Positions 1-11,854 of a DNA stretch of 64,000 nucleotides are shown here, one piece after another. Both the position numbers and the translations under genes were made by a program. How positions within the stretch are numbered: position 1 is the first letter of the stretch; each line of letters opens with the position of its first letter. The notes beneath the pieces are model-generated. The model ran no database searches. It was not told the DNA's origin and saw only the letters and a list, made by a program, of their open reading frames with translations. The DNA comes from Cenococcum geophilum (lineage: Eukaryota): positions 28,458,001 to 28,522,000 of the forward strand of contig CP158635.1 in the NCBI GenBank assembly GCA_050273025.1. The letters run 5' to 3'.

Positions 1-956
1 TAAGTAATTATCAGCCCTTTTCTTAGATTCCTCTTTAATAAAGATATTAGCAGCCGTGAAGGTAAGCTAATAGGCGTTCCAGCTGCGAGAATGCTCTTAT
101 TTATAGATAATAATAGTAAGTTAACTAATATAGGTAATCCTTGTTAGGACGGGCTTGGCATAATACTAATACCTCCTCTTTAAACAGGTATTAATGGCTA
201 AAAAGCTAAGGGATTTATTACGTTAGAAGTATATTATAAATGTATTCGCAATATAAGAGCTAAGCTCTCTCCTACTTGTCTAATTTTAACATTAGTGACC
301 TTTAGTCCCACAGTAATTAGTCTCCTACTTCTTAGTAGTAGGTCCTTGTTTAGAATAAAGAAACTAGTTAAGTGTCTTCCTAAGCTATAATTATTTACCA
401 CCTAGTCTAATACCGCCCTTCCTAGCATCTTTGGCGCGAGCGCGAAATTAGTTAGCTATAGTTAAGTAGTATTCTTAATACTACGTCCTAGATATTCAAG
501 CCTATTAATTAGGGCCTTATTAACTTATACTGTTACTTTATAAAGTGGGTAGACGGTAAGATTTTAGGCGGTAAAAAGGAAGTAGTAGAAGACCGCGTGT
601 TTAAGTAGACCGTTAAGAATACCTTATCCCTAAGACTTTTAGATAGTTTCTCTAGCTTTATTACACTAATTTCTTTAATCTTTTGCCATCTTATTAACGT
701 TAGAGATATCCTTAAAAATTAATAAGAATGTGCCCCTTTCTAAAGATACTTATAGCCCGTTATCCTAGTTAACGAAATTAACTACTATACTAGTAGCATC
801 TGCGTAGTTTTCTTAAGAGAGTAGAATTTTGTTATAGATTTAGAGGAGCACTACCTAATGCTAATTAACTGCGAAGCCTCTAACTTTTATAAGGACGTTA
901 CTAATCTATTACTTAGCTCCTTTATATAGTACTAGAGGTCTACTAGATAAAGATAT
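1..956 (-). pseudogene. Extra sense-strand ORF relic downstream of Gypsy-A pol (unknown product)
   Basis: A frame from about 956 leftwards (followed to about 365) has only RIP-type TAA/TAG stops and reads protein-like when restored (..KDQRNRCNEARETIQKSWGQG..VQVNKALIDRLEHLGRGIKNTTQLQLTD..); it lies between pol end (about 1385) and the off-window 3' LTR. Confidence 0.45.
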
Positions 957-1085
957 AATAAATATACTATTATTAATTTTATTTAACTTGTGACTTTAAC
1001 TAATTACGGCTGTATTTAAGGTTTATTAAGGGCGAAAAGGTAAAGTTCTAAATAGGGTTTCTTAATTTAAATAGTCTACTAAATC

Positions 1086-1211
1086 CGGGTAATAGTGTAG
1101 AGTTTTACCGGCTCTAATTATTAAATAGACTAATTATAATTTTCCATCCCTAGGATAGAAAATTGCTATTAGCTTAGTAAAGGCGGTAAGCGAAACTAAT
1201 ATCTTTACAGT
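1086..1211. promoter_or_regulatory. Conserved ~125-bp palindromic module, copy 1 (Gypsy-A 3' region)
   Basis: Aligns by eye with 43430-43554 (same strand) and 31921-32047 (opposite strand); central inverted repeat aattttccatcc-cta-ggatagaaaatt; distal ggcggtaagcgaaactaatatctttacagt. Confidence 0.75.
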
Positions 1212-3762
1212 AAATAATACTAAATAGCTGTACGTAAACATTCTTCTGTCCTTACCTTACTGTTAATATATATTAGATTCCTATAACTAAAAAAGTAAAT
1301 AAGATAGCGTAATAGAAAGAGCTTTAGGAAATACAGTAAATAAATGGGTAGATTACACGGCTATTATCTATATCCCCTCCCCTACCTTAGAACTTAACTA
1401 TCCCCTAGTTAAATGTTTTATACTTAATTCTGCTAAATAATCTTTCTAAAATATATACTTCTTAAACTACGCGGCGTTGCGATACTAGTGAATTTTGTAT
1501 AGCATCTTCCTTAGGTTCTAGCTCTATTATTATTTCTTATAATATAGTTCCGCCTAACTAGTTAAGCTAGTCCTCCTAGCGGACCTTAGATATCTATTAT
1601 TAACAGAACTTCTTTAATCTATTTCCTAGAGTTTAATTGCGAAACAGCATGCCGTTAAAATCCTTAATTAAGTACCATCTTTTATAAGAGTAACTCTTAC
1701 GTACGCGAAATGGGCCTAGCTATTTTAGATCCAACTTATAACTGCTAAAATAATCTTACTTAAGCTACGTGTTATAAAGTATAATTATATCTTTAACCTT
1801 AAATCCGTCCTAGCGAATACAATAAGTGTTATTAAAATACTCCTTATTTACTACCCTTAGTCGTCTTATACGCGTGATAGCCTCTTATATATCTGCGTTT
1901 CTTTAGTTAAACTATTTTATATAAAGTGCTAGCAGCTCTATAGTGGTCCGGACTATTTGCTAAGGTAGCGTTTACTAAGTAGGTATATAGAGTTTAACAG
2001 AAAGGATATGCTTATACCTATATATAACTCTTACTAGTATTATTTCTATAGACCGCTTAATAGTTGTTTTATCTGCTTATAAAATGGTATAAAGATTATC
2101 TAGCTATAAGCTATCCATCTTCGCTAAAGCGTCTATTATAGGCTTGTAACCTCGCTCTATAAAGCCTTACCCCTACGGGTAATATACGGAAGCTATAACC
2201 CTTTTAATGTTATAGAGTTCTGTAAGCGCAGTAGTAATATTAATATTCTCTCCTCTACTGTCTATAGAGAGCTGTCCGAATACTCTCTATTAGCAGATAA
2301 CGTCTTTATAGAGGAACTTTGCTATACTTTTTATATCCTTATTTTTAAGGGCCTAAGCTTCTATCTATCTAGATATATATTCTTAAGTAATAGCTAGGTA
2401 TTAGAAGCTAAGACGGTTTAGCGGTATAAATATAATATCTATTAATACTTATTGCCATAAGGTAGACTCCTATATAGGGTATATTACTTCTTCTTCCTGT
2501 CCTAACTATTACTCCTAGTACTATAGGCATAACTTAATATACCATAATATCTGATCTTATAGCTTTAGCTACTAATACTAATTTAAAACCCTCTAATATA
2601 TTCCCTCTTATTTATAATATCTACTTTAATTATAAAGGCTTTTAATAATCTCCTACTAAGCGTCCTTATTATTAACTACCCTTCGCATTAATATATTTTT
2701 TTAACTATTAGTAAAAGAGCTGTTAATTACGCACTAGGAACTTTAGCGCATATTATTTAAACCTTTTAAACTCCTTAGTATTTATCTCTTTTAGACGCCG
2801 TAAGGTTACTAGCCATTTTATAATTCTTTAAGATTCCTTTAAATATAAGTCTTTTAATAGTAGGCCTGCTTCCATTTTAAGAGGACTAGCTATATATTCT
2901 AAGGCACTTAACTTATAGTTAATAAACTCTTTAATATCCTTAGTTGGCTTATTAGGTTATTTACTATTAGGCGGCCGTTATAAAAGTTTATTAACTAGGC
3001 TATTCTTCTTCCCCAGCATATATCTAACATTAAAGTCCTATAGCTAGATCTATGCTAGCCATCTTATTATTAAGGCTCCGGGTAAATTAGTAGTAGTATA
3101 ATTTAGTTATATAACTAAGGTATTTATATCTATTTTAACTGTAAAGCGAACGGACGTATAAATATATATGATGCTTCTTTAACGTATATAGTAATACCCA
3201 ATACTTAAGCTTTCCTAAGTTATATTTCTGCTCCGCTTAAGACTAGATGCCGCTCTTATATTAATATAGGTGGCGATAACCTTATACGTCCAGCTGTATA
3301 AGGCCGCATCCCCACCTATTCTTATATTCGTTAATAGTAAGAATAATTAACCTAGCCCCTTTACTATAATCTAGTTAAACTAATACAGGTGTAGTAGTAA
3401 TTGCATACTTTAGAGTCTTTATAGCGGCAATTTGCTCTATACCCTATATAAACGGAACGTTAACTTATAGTAGTTAGAAGATTGGCTCTGCCTTAATTGC
3501 GAAGTCTTTTACCTATATTTAGTAATACACGATAACTCCTAAGAACGCTCGGGCCGATGTGACGTCTTTATAATCTTTCTAGTAAATAATCTTTATAACC
3601 TTTAACTCTTTCGGATATTGTCCTTTTCTATTATAGCGGTAGCTAACTACTATAATCTCATCTTTATAGAAGTAAGACTTTGCGCCTAAGATTATATACG
3701 TAGCTTGTTTTAAATTTGTAAGTACTCCGTCTAGCTATATAATATATTCTAGAATATATCTA

Positions 3763-4846
3763 TATCTATTCACTTACTCGCAGAGATAGAGATATATTCT
3801 AAATAGTGTATTATATTAGGGGGTGTAGGCCCGAGGAGAGGGTAATTATCTCAGCCTGCTGTATTGCATAGTAGGTTCCCTACTATCTTAAGCAGTGGTA
3901 GATAATTACATACTTATTACCCCCCTCGGGCCTACCGCAAGCCTAAGAGGCTGCAAAATCTATCTATAGGGTGGAGGGTGGGAAAGCAAAAAGCCGAAAG
4001 GCTGATTGTGATAGATATTGATGTTGCTGTTCGGAGGGAAGGCGTGACTTCGCTTTGAATAGACATTTTTATCTATTCACTTGCTCGCAGAGATAGAGAT
4101 ATATTCTAAATAGTGTATTATATTAGGGGGTGTAGGCCCAAGGAGAGGGTAATTATCTCAGCCTGCTGTATTGCATAGTAGGTTCCCTACTATCTTAAGC
4201 AGTGGTAGATGATTATATACTCATTGCCCCAAACAACGCGTACCGTTAGAAGCTAGCGGTACAAGGCCTGCCCCACAACTAATATAGAAGTAGGAATATA
4301 TCTTGTCTTTTTTTGCGCCCGTAGGGTATTGTTAAAAGACCATTTAGGTAACCTAGAACCTAGGTAATATTAAAGGCTGTTAACGACAAATCTAGCGGTA
4401 TAAGGCCTGCGCCTAATAACCAATATAGGAGTAGGAATATATGTCGTCTCTTTACGCCTATAGAGTATCATTAATAACCGTTCGGGTAGGTAATATCGAA
4501 GGCTATTAACGACGATAACGATAGAAGAAGGAAGCTGGAAAGCGTTAATTCAAAACCTGTTGAAAAACCCTATGGGAAAAATTATTAGGAAAGACTACTT
4601 ATTAACAGCTGCTGTGGAAAGACGCGACGCGAAACTTCGCGATCCTTTAGGGGTAAGACGTTTTATCGCGACGACAACATAACGCCGTACGGTATAGCAT
4701 TATCAAGGCTATAAGACGAATGAATAACAAAATCTCTATTAAATAAGCCTTATTTTAAAGCGAAAAGCCAAAAGGCTGATTGTAATAGATATTGATGTTG
4801 CTGTTTGGAGGGAAGGCGTGACTTCGCTTTGAATAGACATTTTTAT
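3763..4846 (-). mobile_element. Non-autonomous split-direct-repeat element (Ngaro/PAT-like tyrosine-recombinase retroelement derivative), 1084 bp
   Basis: Repeat A 161 bp at 3763-3923 and 4070-4230; repeat B 90 bp at 3983-4072 and 4757-4846; order A-x-BA-y-B; TAT is shared at left end, internal B/A junction and right end; removing it restores the Gypsy-A RT frame. Strand inferred from the canonical A1-internal-B1A2-B2 layout. Confidence 0.85.
4252..4515. repeat. Imperfect ~135-bp tandem duplication inside the split-direct-repeat element
   Basis: ctagcggtacaaggcctgcc...taggtaatattaaaggctgttaacgac (about 4252-4387) recurs as ctagcggtataaggcctgcg...taggtaatatcgaaggctattaacgac (about 4392-4513). 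Confidence 0.8.
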
Positions 4847-7800
4847 ATACCTAAAAGGCTCTCCTCCCTATTATATACTATCTGTGGGCCTTTTACTGTA
4901 ATATTATCTAGAAATAGTAGGGTATAGTGTAGGATATGTTGTTCTAAGATCTTAGTAATCGTCCGTATAAACTAGGCTATAGAATTCGTACCTTTTATAG
5001 GTACCGTCATTTATTATAAAAGTCCTAGAGGTGTTATAAAGGCCGTTAAGTTCCTACTTTTTATATTAAGCTCTAATTAGTTATAGCTAGAGAAGAAGTT
5101 TACTAGAGATATAACCTTATACCCTGCAAACTCCTTAAAAAACTTGTTAGCGTATAGCGGTAGATTTACGTCCTTAACAGTTACTCGGTTAATATTTATT
5201 GCCGCGTTAATTAATTGGTACTTATTACGTTCCTTTTTACTTATAAGAAACTATAGATTCCTATATAGGCTTTTATAATATTCTAAAGTCCCTTAAGCTA
5301 ATTATTCTTATAATATATTTATTACTTCTCCTTATAGTGCCCTAGGTACTAGAAAGTTTAGTACTTACTATACTTTATATAGCACGGTTTTAATCTTTAG
5401 TAGTGGGGTTACGTCTCTGCTAACGCGACCTATACTAGAGCCTCTTCTTAGTTAAACAATATAGCCTTAAAAATCTCTTATTCTCTTAGCTAAATATCTC
5501 CTATAATTATGCGCTCTAATTATTCTAGCTTTAGTTATGCACTATAGGCTAGCTTAGTATATTGCGGCTTAAAAAAATGATTATATGGACTAAGAGGCAA
5601 TCCTTAGATGGACGCCCTCTGTTAACGTAAGGCCACCTCTCGCCATTCTATTATACCTTCTATAACTATTCTATCTAGTGCTAATAAATTAACCGGGTGG
5701 ACTTTATCTGCCCTTCCGTTTATACGCAGTTGCTATATTTATAGCGTTTAGTTAGGCCTTACTCTATTAGCTTTCTATTTACATTATAAATAGATCTATT
5801 ATTTTTAATATTTAATATATAAGGGACTTAGCCTTTACTTTAAATACTAGCTTCCGATTCTTCCTTAAGTGTTTCTTTAGGACTTCCTTTAATATCTTAC
5901 TGTTGAGCTCTCTCTATCTAATATTATGTTCCTCTTTCTACTAATAGTTCTATCCAGCGGATATCTAAAACGGTAAATGTCTATATTAGAGCTGTACCTT
6001 ATTTCCCTTTTCTTTATTTTTAATATTCTTTTTATCCTAATGCGCTAGGTTATAAGTAACCCCAAATATAATCCTAGCGGTTATACTAGCTATACGTTTC
6101 CTAAACTGTTTTCTATACTAATACCTTTATCTAGTTTAAAGAATATTATATTTTTATAGGACGTTAAGAACCTTATTTTAATTCTACTATCTTTTAATTA
6201 AATAATATAAGATACTGTTGGTTATATAGGGTGACTCACTAATAACGACTACTTAAGTAGGTTATAGTAATGTTGGTTAATAAAGCTTATTTAATTAGAA
6301 TGAGGAAGGGCGAGGAGCCTAAAACTCCTTGCTACGCTAGTGCCGCGGCGTTATATAACAACCGCTTACCTTATTCCCAATACTAGTAACTCTTCTTTTA
6401 TAGCTGCCATCTATATATAAATACTGCTTGACTAGCGTAATAAATATTAATCCTCCTTACTTACTATTGCTATTGTAATATAAGTCTCGCTATCTAAAAA
6501 TTTGCCTCCTAGTACGTGGTACTTTCTTACTTAGAGTTATGGGTAGATATCGTATCGGGGCCGCTAAGGCGCTAGTTATAAGCGAGCTAATAGCAATTTT
6601 CTATATTAGGTATGGAAAATCCTAATTAGCTAGTTAAAATTAGGGTCTGCAGAATATTATACCCTTACTCCCTTTTAACCTAACCTTTAACTTATATATA
6701 TAGAGTATTTGTGTTAATAAACGTTTCTAGAGCCTTATTTAGGTTTGCCTTTATTATTATATCTACTAGATTATCTTAACTATTAAATCTTAAAGAGTTT
6801 TTGCCGTTTATAGGATTAATAAAGTACTATAATATTAATTATAAGGCGCTTCTCCTTTATAGTACTAAGCTTAACTAAACACTTATAGAGGGAATATAAG
6901 TTGGTATATACGATTATAGGGATAATAGGGAGTTTAAGTTAATCTGTAATTATCTTTAGGGTAGTTCTAATTATAATTGCTATATTAACTCCGCTAACTA
7001 TTCTATATATCTCTAACGCTAAAACGCTCCAAGTAACGCGCTTACTCTTAGTTAAGCTTTAATAGATAAGATTACCGTAGATTATAAAGTTATTCTCCCT
7101 AGTAGATTTATTTATAATAATAATCTTATATCCTAGCTAGGAGCTAAAATCTTTATTATTTATAAATAATCTATTAATAAACATAAAGAGCTTAGCGGTG
7201 GGAAGATTAATAGGTATATAGAGTAATCCCTAATTAAGATAGTTTATTTGCTAGGAAAGGCGCTTATTTGGGGCAAAAACGTTATTCTTAGTTAGTTCCT
7301 AATATTAGGTAGCAATAAAGAGATTAAATAAAGCCTTAGGTTAATAGATAGAAGTAATATAAGCTCTATAAGCGCGTTACTCTATATATCCTTATTTTAG
7401 AGAGTTAATATTAATAATATTAATCTTCTTGCCTTAACCCTTCTGGCGTAAAGTAATAGAATCCTTATTTAGGGAGAGGATGCATTTATTAAAAAGTAAT
7501 AGTGTTATTAAATTAAGCTTTTCCTTTGGCCTTACTATAAGATTTGCCTTTACTAGCTCGTCTTCTTTAAGAGCTAAGAATTGGTCGTCTCCTAAAATAA
7601 TTATATTATTAGTTTATATACCGATAATTCTAAATAGAGTTCCCGTAGTTATAATAAGGAAGTAGGGATTGAATATAGAAGTAGTTATTAAAAGCTTCTC
7701 TTTATAGTGCTTACTATAGGTAGCCTACTAGTAAGTTCCTACCTTTGCAATTCTATATAATGGCTTAAATATAACTATAATTGTATCTTTAGGATACTAA

Positions 7801-10197
7801 TGGTGAATTTACTCCGGAAGGTATACTAATATTAAGCGCTAAAGGTGCGTCTCTAATTAGGTGAAGGCTTAAGTAATATCTTATAAATAAACTGCTATTC
7901 TATTCTTTATTAAGGAGGAAGCTAGTGTAATAATAACTTACTAACTAGCTTATTAAATTATAGGAGATTGCGTAAGAATTACCTCCTTACTATTATCGTT
8001 GTAACCTTAAATAATAAGCCTTAATTTCTTAAATGGGGCGTTAATAGCTTTGCCTTTAATCTTATTAACCATTCTTAACTTAAAAATGCGAACTTTATTA
8101 AACTTAATAGGGTTATACTTCTTAAACTTAAAGACTCCTCTTATAATAAGACTATTAATCTCCTACTTATTAGATGCCTAGAAAGGAGCTCTAAGAGTTA
8201 TAATATAACCTTCCTTTTAGAGCTATTTTACGAGCTTAAAGTTAGCCTTCTCCTTAGCTGTTATAAAGGCTATTAATAACTTAACTCTATTCTTAATGGC
8301 GGTAATAAATTACTCTTTAAAATTAATAAGATGTTAGCGATTTTGTAATCCTTTTAGGCGACCTCTACCGTGTTATAGTTGCGGCGTATTTACTATAATT
8401 ATATTAGAATTATAGTCGCCTTTTAGAGAATATTAATTATAGCTCTTTTTTAGGGCATCTTCTATAGCATTCTATAAAGGCTTAGAACTATTATCTTTAT
8501 AGTAAGGCTTAATAATAGTTAAATGGAATTAAGTGGGTTTGTAAGGCATCTAAATAGTATAAGTTTAACTATTAATTATAATAAGTTAATATAGGCCTAA
8601 CTATTCTCCCTTTTTACGCTATACGCGCACCTTAAACTAGAGTGGCAGATTAAGCGTAATTAAGGTATTTGGGCTATTTCTTATTCCTAGTATATTGTTA
8701 ATCTAGCGTATAGTATAGAGATATTATACCTCCTTTATTGCCTTATAAATAGCCTTAGCTTATTATATAATAGAGGGAGATAGTAGATAATTATTAGTTA
8801 TTTAAGGGTAGGCGCTAAAGACTAGTAATATAGGTATAAGTCTATCTAGGCTAGCGGAATTATTAATAGCTTTAATAGCTATTTATAAGGTAAGTTTTTC
8901 GCTAGCATCCTCTAGTTTTAAAGAGATAATCTTATATACGCGGCGTAATAGCATATAATATTACTCCACTTTTCTAATACTATTATATGCCTTAACGGGG
9001 ACTTCCTTAACCTTAATTACTATTGCTTTTATCTATTATTAAAACTCTATAGATAAGAAGTTCTTTCCTATATTATAGACGATTTAATTAAGGGGTCCTA
9101 GGTAGACATTAATCCAGTATAATTAAAGGGTATTTTATGCATTCTTAGCTAATATATCCTTTAAGAAACGTACGGCTTAGAAGGAGGTTAAGAAGTTAAT
9201 AATTTAGAGTACTAGCTTGCCGCTAAGATATATAATATTAATAATAATATAGAAGTTAAAGCTATAGTTATCTTTAAGGGTAAACTTAAATTAGCTAGGG
9301 GACTTCTGGTTTATTTAGTAGTAATAGTAGTACTTTATAAGATGCTTAATTGCCTTAGCCTTAACTTTATGGCCTACTTACTAAAAAACCCTAAGTAATT
9401 AGTGAACAGATAGATAGCTAAAACAACGGTATAGTTAACGTAACTCTAACTTAGTTAAATAGCTTTAAGTAATACTCTTTTCTAGTTATTAAAGGAGCAG
9501 CTAAGGGTAACCCTACTTACGTATAATAGGCACCCAATTATCTCCCTATATAAGCATATTCTTAAGGTTGTTAAGCTTAACGCCTAATTTATTTATATCT
9601 CTAATGTAAAATAGAAATAGAGTATTTATAAGTAATGCACCCTAAGGGGGTTTAGACCCTAATTATGCTAAAAGAGATTATAGTACCCTTACTAAAACAA
9701 ATCGTATATTAGTGTAACGGAACCTTATAGTAAGAACTACGGTAGGTCCTGTTATTGGGCTAGGTGTGTAGGAAATATAAGTAATAAAAGTCAACAACGT
9801 AATAACAACTGGTGGAGTGGTTGCCCAACAGATTAACTCTAATTGTATTTTAAGAATTACTACAAGGAAGGAACTATCTAGGTAGGGATTAAGGGTCCTT
9901 AAATACACAACCATACTCCTATAAAATCCTTCTTATATATAATATACGTCTTATATATAAGGTACGTAAGTTCCTCCCGTTCCTCTTATTTAATACGTAG
10001 CACGTTATATAACCTTAGTTACCATTTCTTATTATATAGTTTTATCAGCTCCATCCTAGACCGTGCTTAAATTAACTAACTAGCTTCTTCCGTTTCTTCT
10101 TTAAGTAGTTATAATATTATACTTAAAGCGTCCGTAATACCATCTCCCTCCTCTTTATCTTCGTCCTTAAAGATTCCTAGCATCTCTAAGTTATTTA

Positions 10198-10552
10198 GGG
10201 GTCGTTCGGTTGCAATATGGAGGCCTTATATTCCATTTCATTCGGAGTGATTTTGTCTGCACAGCCTCAAAATTTTGATGTTCCTCTCACCGCTCGCAAA
10301 ACGCCAGAATAGCACGCTAAAATATTGGCAACTTTACCGTATACAGCTATTGAAATGGAGCTCTTGGCGTCATTTCAATATAGAGCTCAAAGCTCCCGTT
10401 ATAGATTCCAGTTCAATATGGAGGCTTTATATTTGCACACGTCCGTGCAACCTGTAGAGCTACAGACGCGTGTCAAATCGGGAAGGAACGCGTCCTTTCT
10501 GCCGGACTTTCAGTTCATATTCAATCTGACGGTTTTGCAACCAAACACACCC
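10198..10552. mobile_element. PIF/Harbinger (Tourist-like) MITE, 355 bp
   Basis: 18-bp imperfect TIRs GGGGTCGTTCGGTTGCAA and reverse-complemented GGGTGTGTTTGGTTGCAA (14/18 match); 3-bp TSD TTA (10195-10197, 10553-10555); non-coding; retains CpA/TpG unlike its flanks. Confidence 0.85.
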
Positions 10553-10605
10553 TTACTAGAGGTGTAATATCCGTCTAATTAATTTAGTTAATATTATTAC
10601 TTATT

Positions 10606-11290
10606 ATGCCTAAAGCAATTTCTTCTTTATACGCCCAACGTCGTGCTCGCACTGTTGCTGCAATATTATCTCTTAGTAAGATTATACCCTCTCCGTATTC
10701 TCGCTGCTCGAAAAAGGGGTTGGTTTATATTACGCTGGCGAGTCCATCTTTGCAATAACCGTCCTCTTATTTAGAGTGCACTAAAGCGAATATTTATTCG
10801 TCCTGCGACGTTTGCTCTACCTCTAATACTAAATATACGCAACCTATTACTCTTAATAGTCGTCTAGTTCCTTAATTAATTTGTTCTAGGGTCTTATATT
10901 TAATCTACTACTACGTAACTAGATAGTAAACTATCTTAAGCCCTTACTAAATTAGAATATTCTTATAATGCGGAACAAAAGGCCCTAGATACTTATATCG
11001 CGGCGTTTACTCAGTTACTTCGTCTTAAAAAGGTCCGTAAGAAGGTTTATTCTAAGGAGTAGAAACTTATAGAATAAGGTTTATAGGAACTTAGTAATAA
11101 AAAAACGGATTCTTTTTTAATAGAGAAGGAAATTAATCTAAGTAGCTCGGTAACTGCTCTTCTTAGGTCCCCCTTAGGTAACTTATTCTTTAGCGATCCT
11201 TTTTTATTAATGCTGCCTAACCTAATTTCTTCCGATACTCCTGTACCTTTCTTATAGCGTTCTTTAAATTCTCTAGTAGTTCCTAGGTAG
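10606..11290 (+). pseudogene. Antisense two-exon Zn2Cys6-like/coiled-coil gene relic of Gypsy-B
   Basis: ATG 10606; de-RIP MPKAISS..RRARTVAAILSLGEIMPSP-CSRC-x6-C-x13-CSEC-x8-C-DV (3 of 6 Cys restored from TAT); intron 10835-10889 (donor [g>a]tacgc, acceptor ttctag); exon 2 helical (LLRLEKVRKKV..KEQKL.EQGLQEL); overlaps the pol chromodomain tail. Confidence 0.7.
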
Positions 11291-11727
11291 TCTTATTATA
11301 GCCTATCTATTTAACCTTATACTATATTTTATTGTTAACGTCTTTATAACTAACGATCTTTAAAACTTGCTATTTATCTTCTTCCTATCCTCTATACGTA
11401 TCTACTTTATAAACCAGTGGCTTAATATTCCTATATACTGGCTCTAATATTGCGATGTGTTATATAGGGTAGATCTTTATCTTAGCTAGTAGGTTTAACT
11501 TAAATATAACCGGTGAAATCTTCTATATGATTTTAAAAGGTCCCAGTCTAACATAGTCTAACTTCTTACTTAGTTATTAACTCTTAAAATTTTTATATAA
11601 TAGCTATACTTTATCTCCCTCCTTAAGATCTAGTCCCTTAGATCTCTTAGTATTATAATACTTTTCTATTCTCTCTTATACCTTCTTTACTAATTCTATA
11701 AGGTCTATATAAAGATTTATTAACGTC

Positions 11728-11854
11728 TGTGAGGTGATAAGCTCCGCACCACTCAGCCACACAAACCCGCAAAAGGTAAGCAAGTGACTGGCTTGATGCC
11801 AGACACGGCTGTGCGGAACAATACATATAGGCGAGGTGACTTCGTCACCTGACA
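11728..11854. mobile_element. Solo LTR, 127 bp
   Basis: TG...CA ends with terminal inverted repeat TGTGAGGTGA/TCACCTGACA; perfect 5-bp TSD ACGTC (11723-11727, 11855-11859); interrupts Gypsy-B integrase; no RIP signature. Confidence 0.9.
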
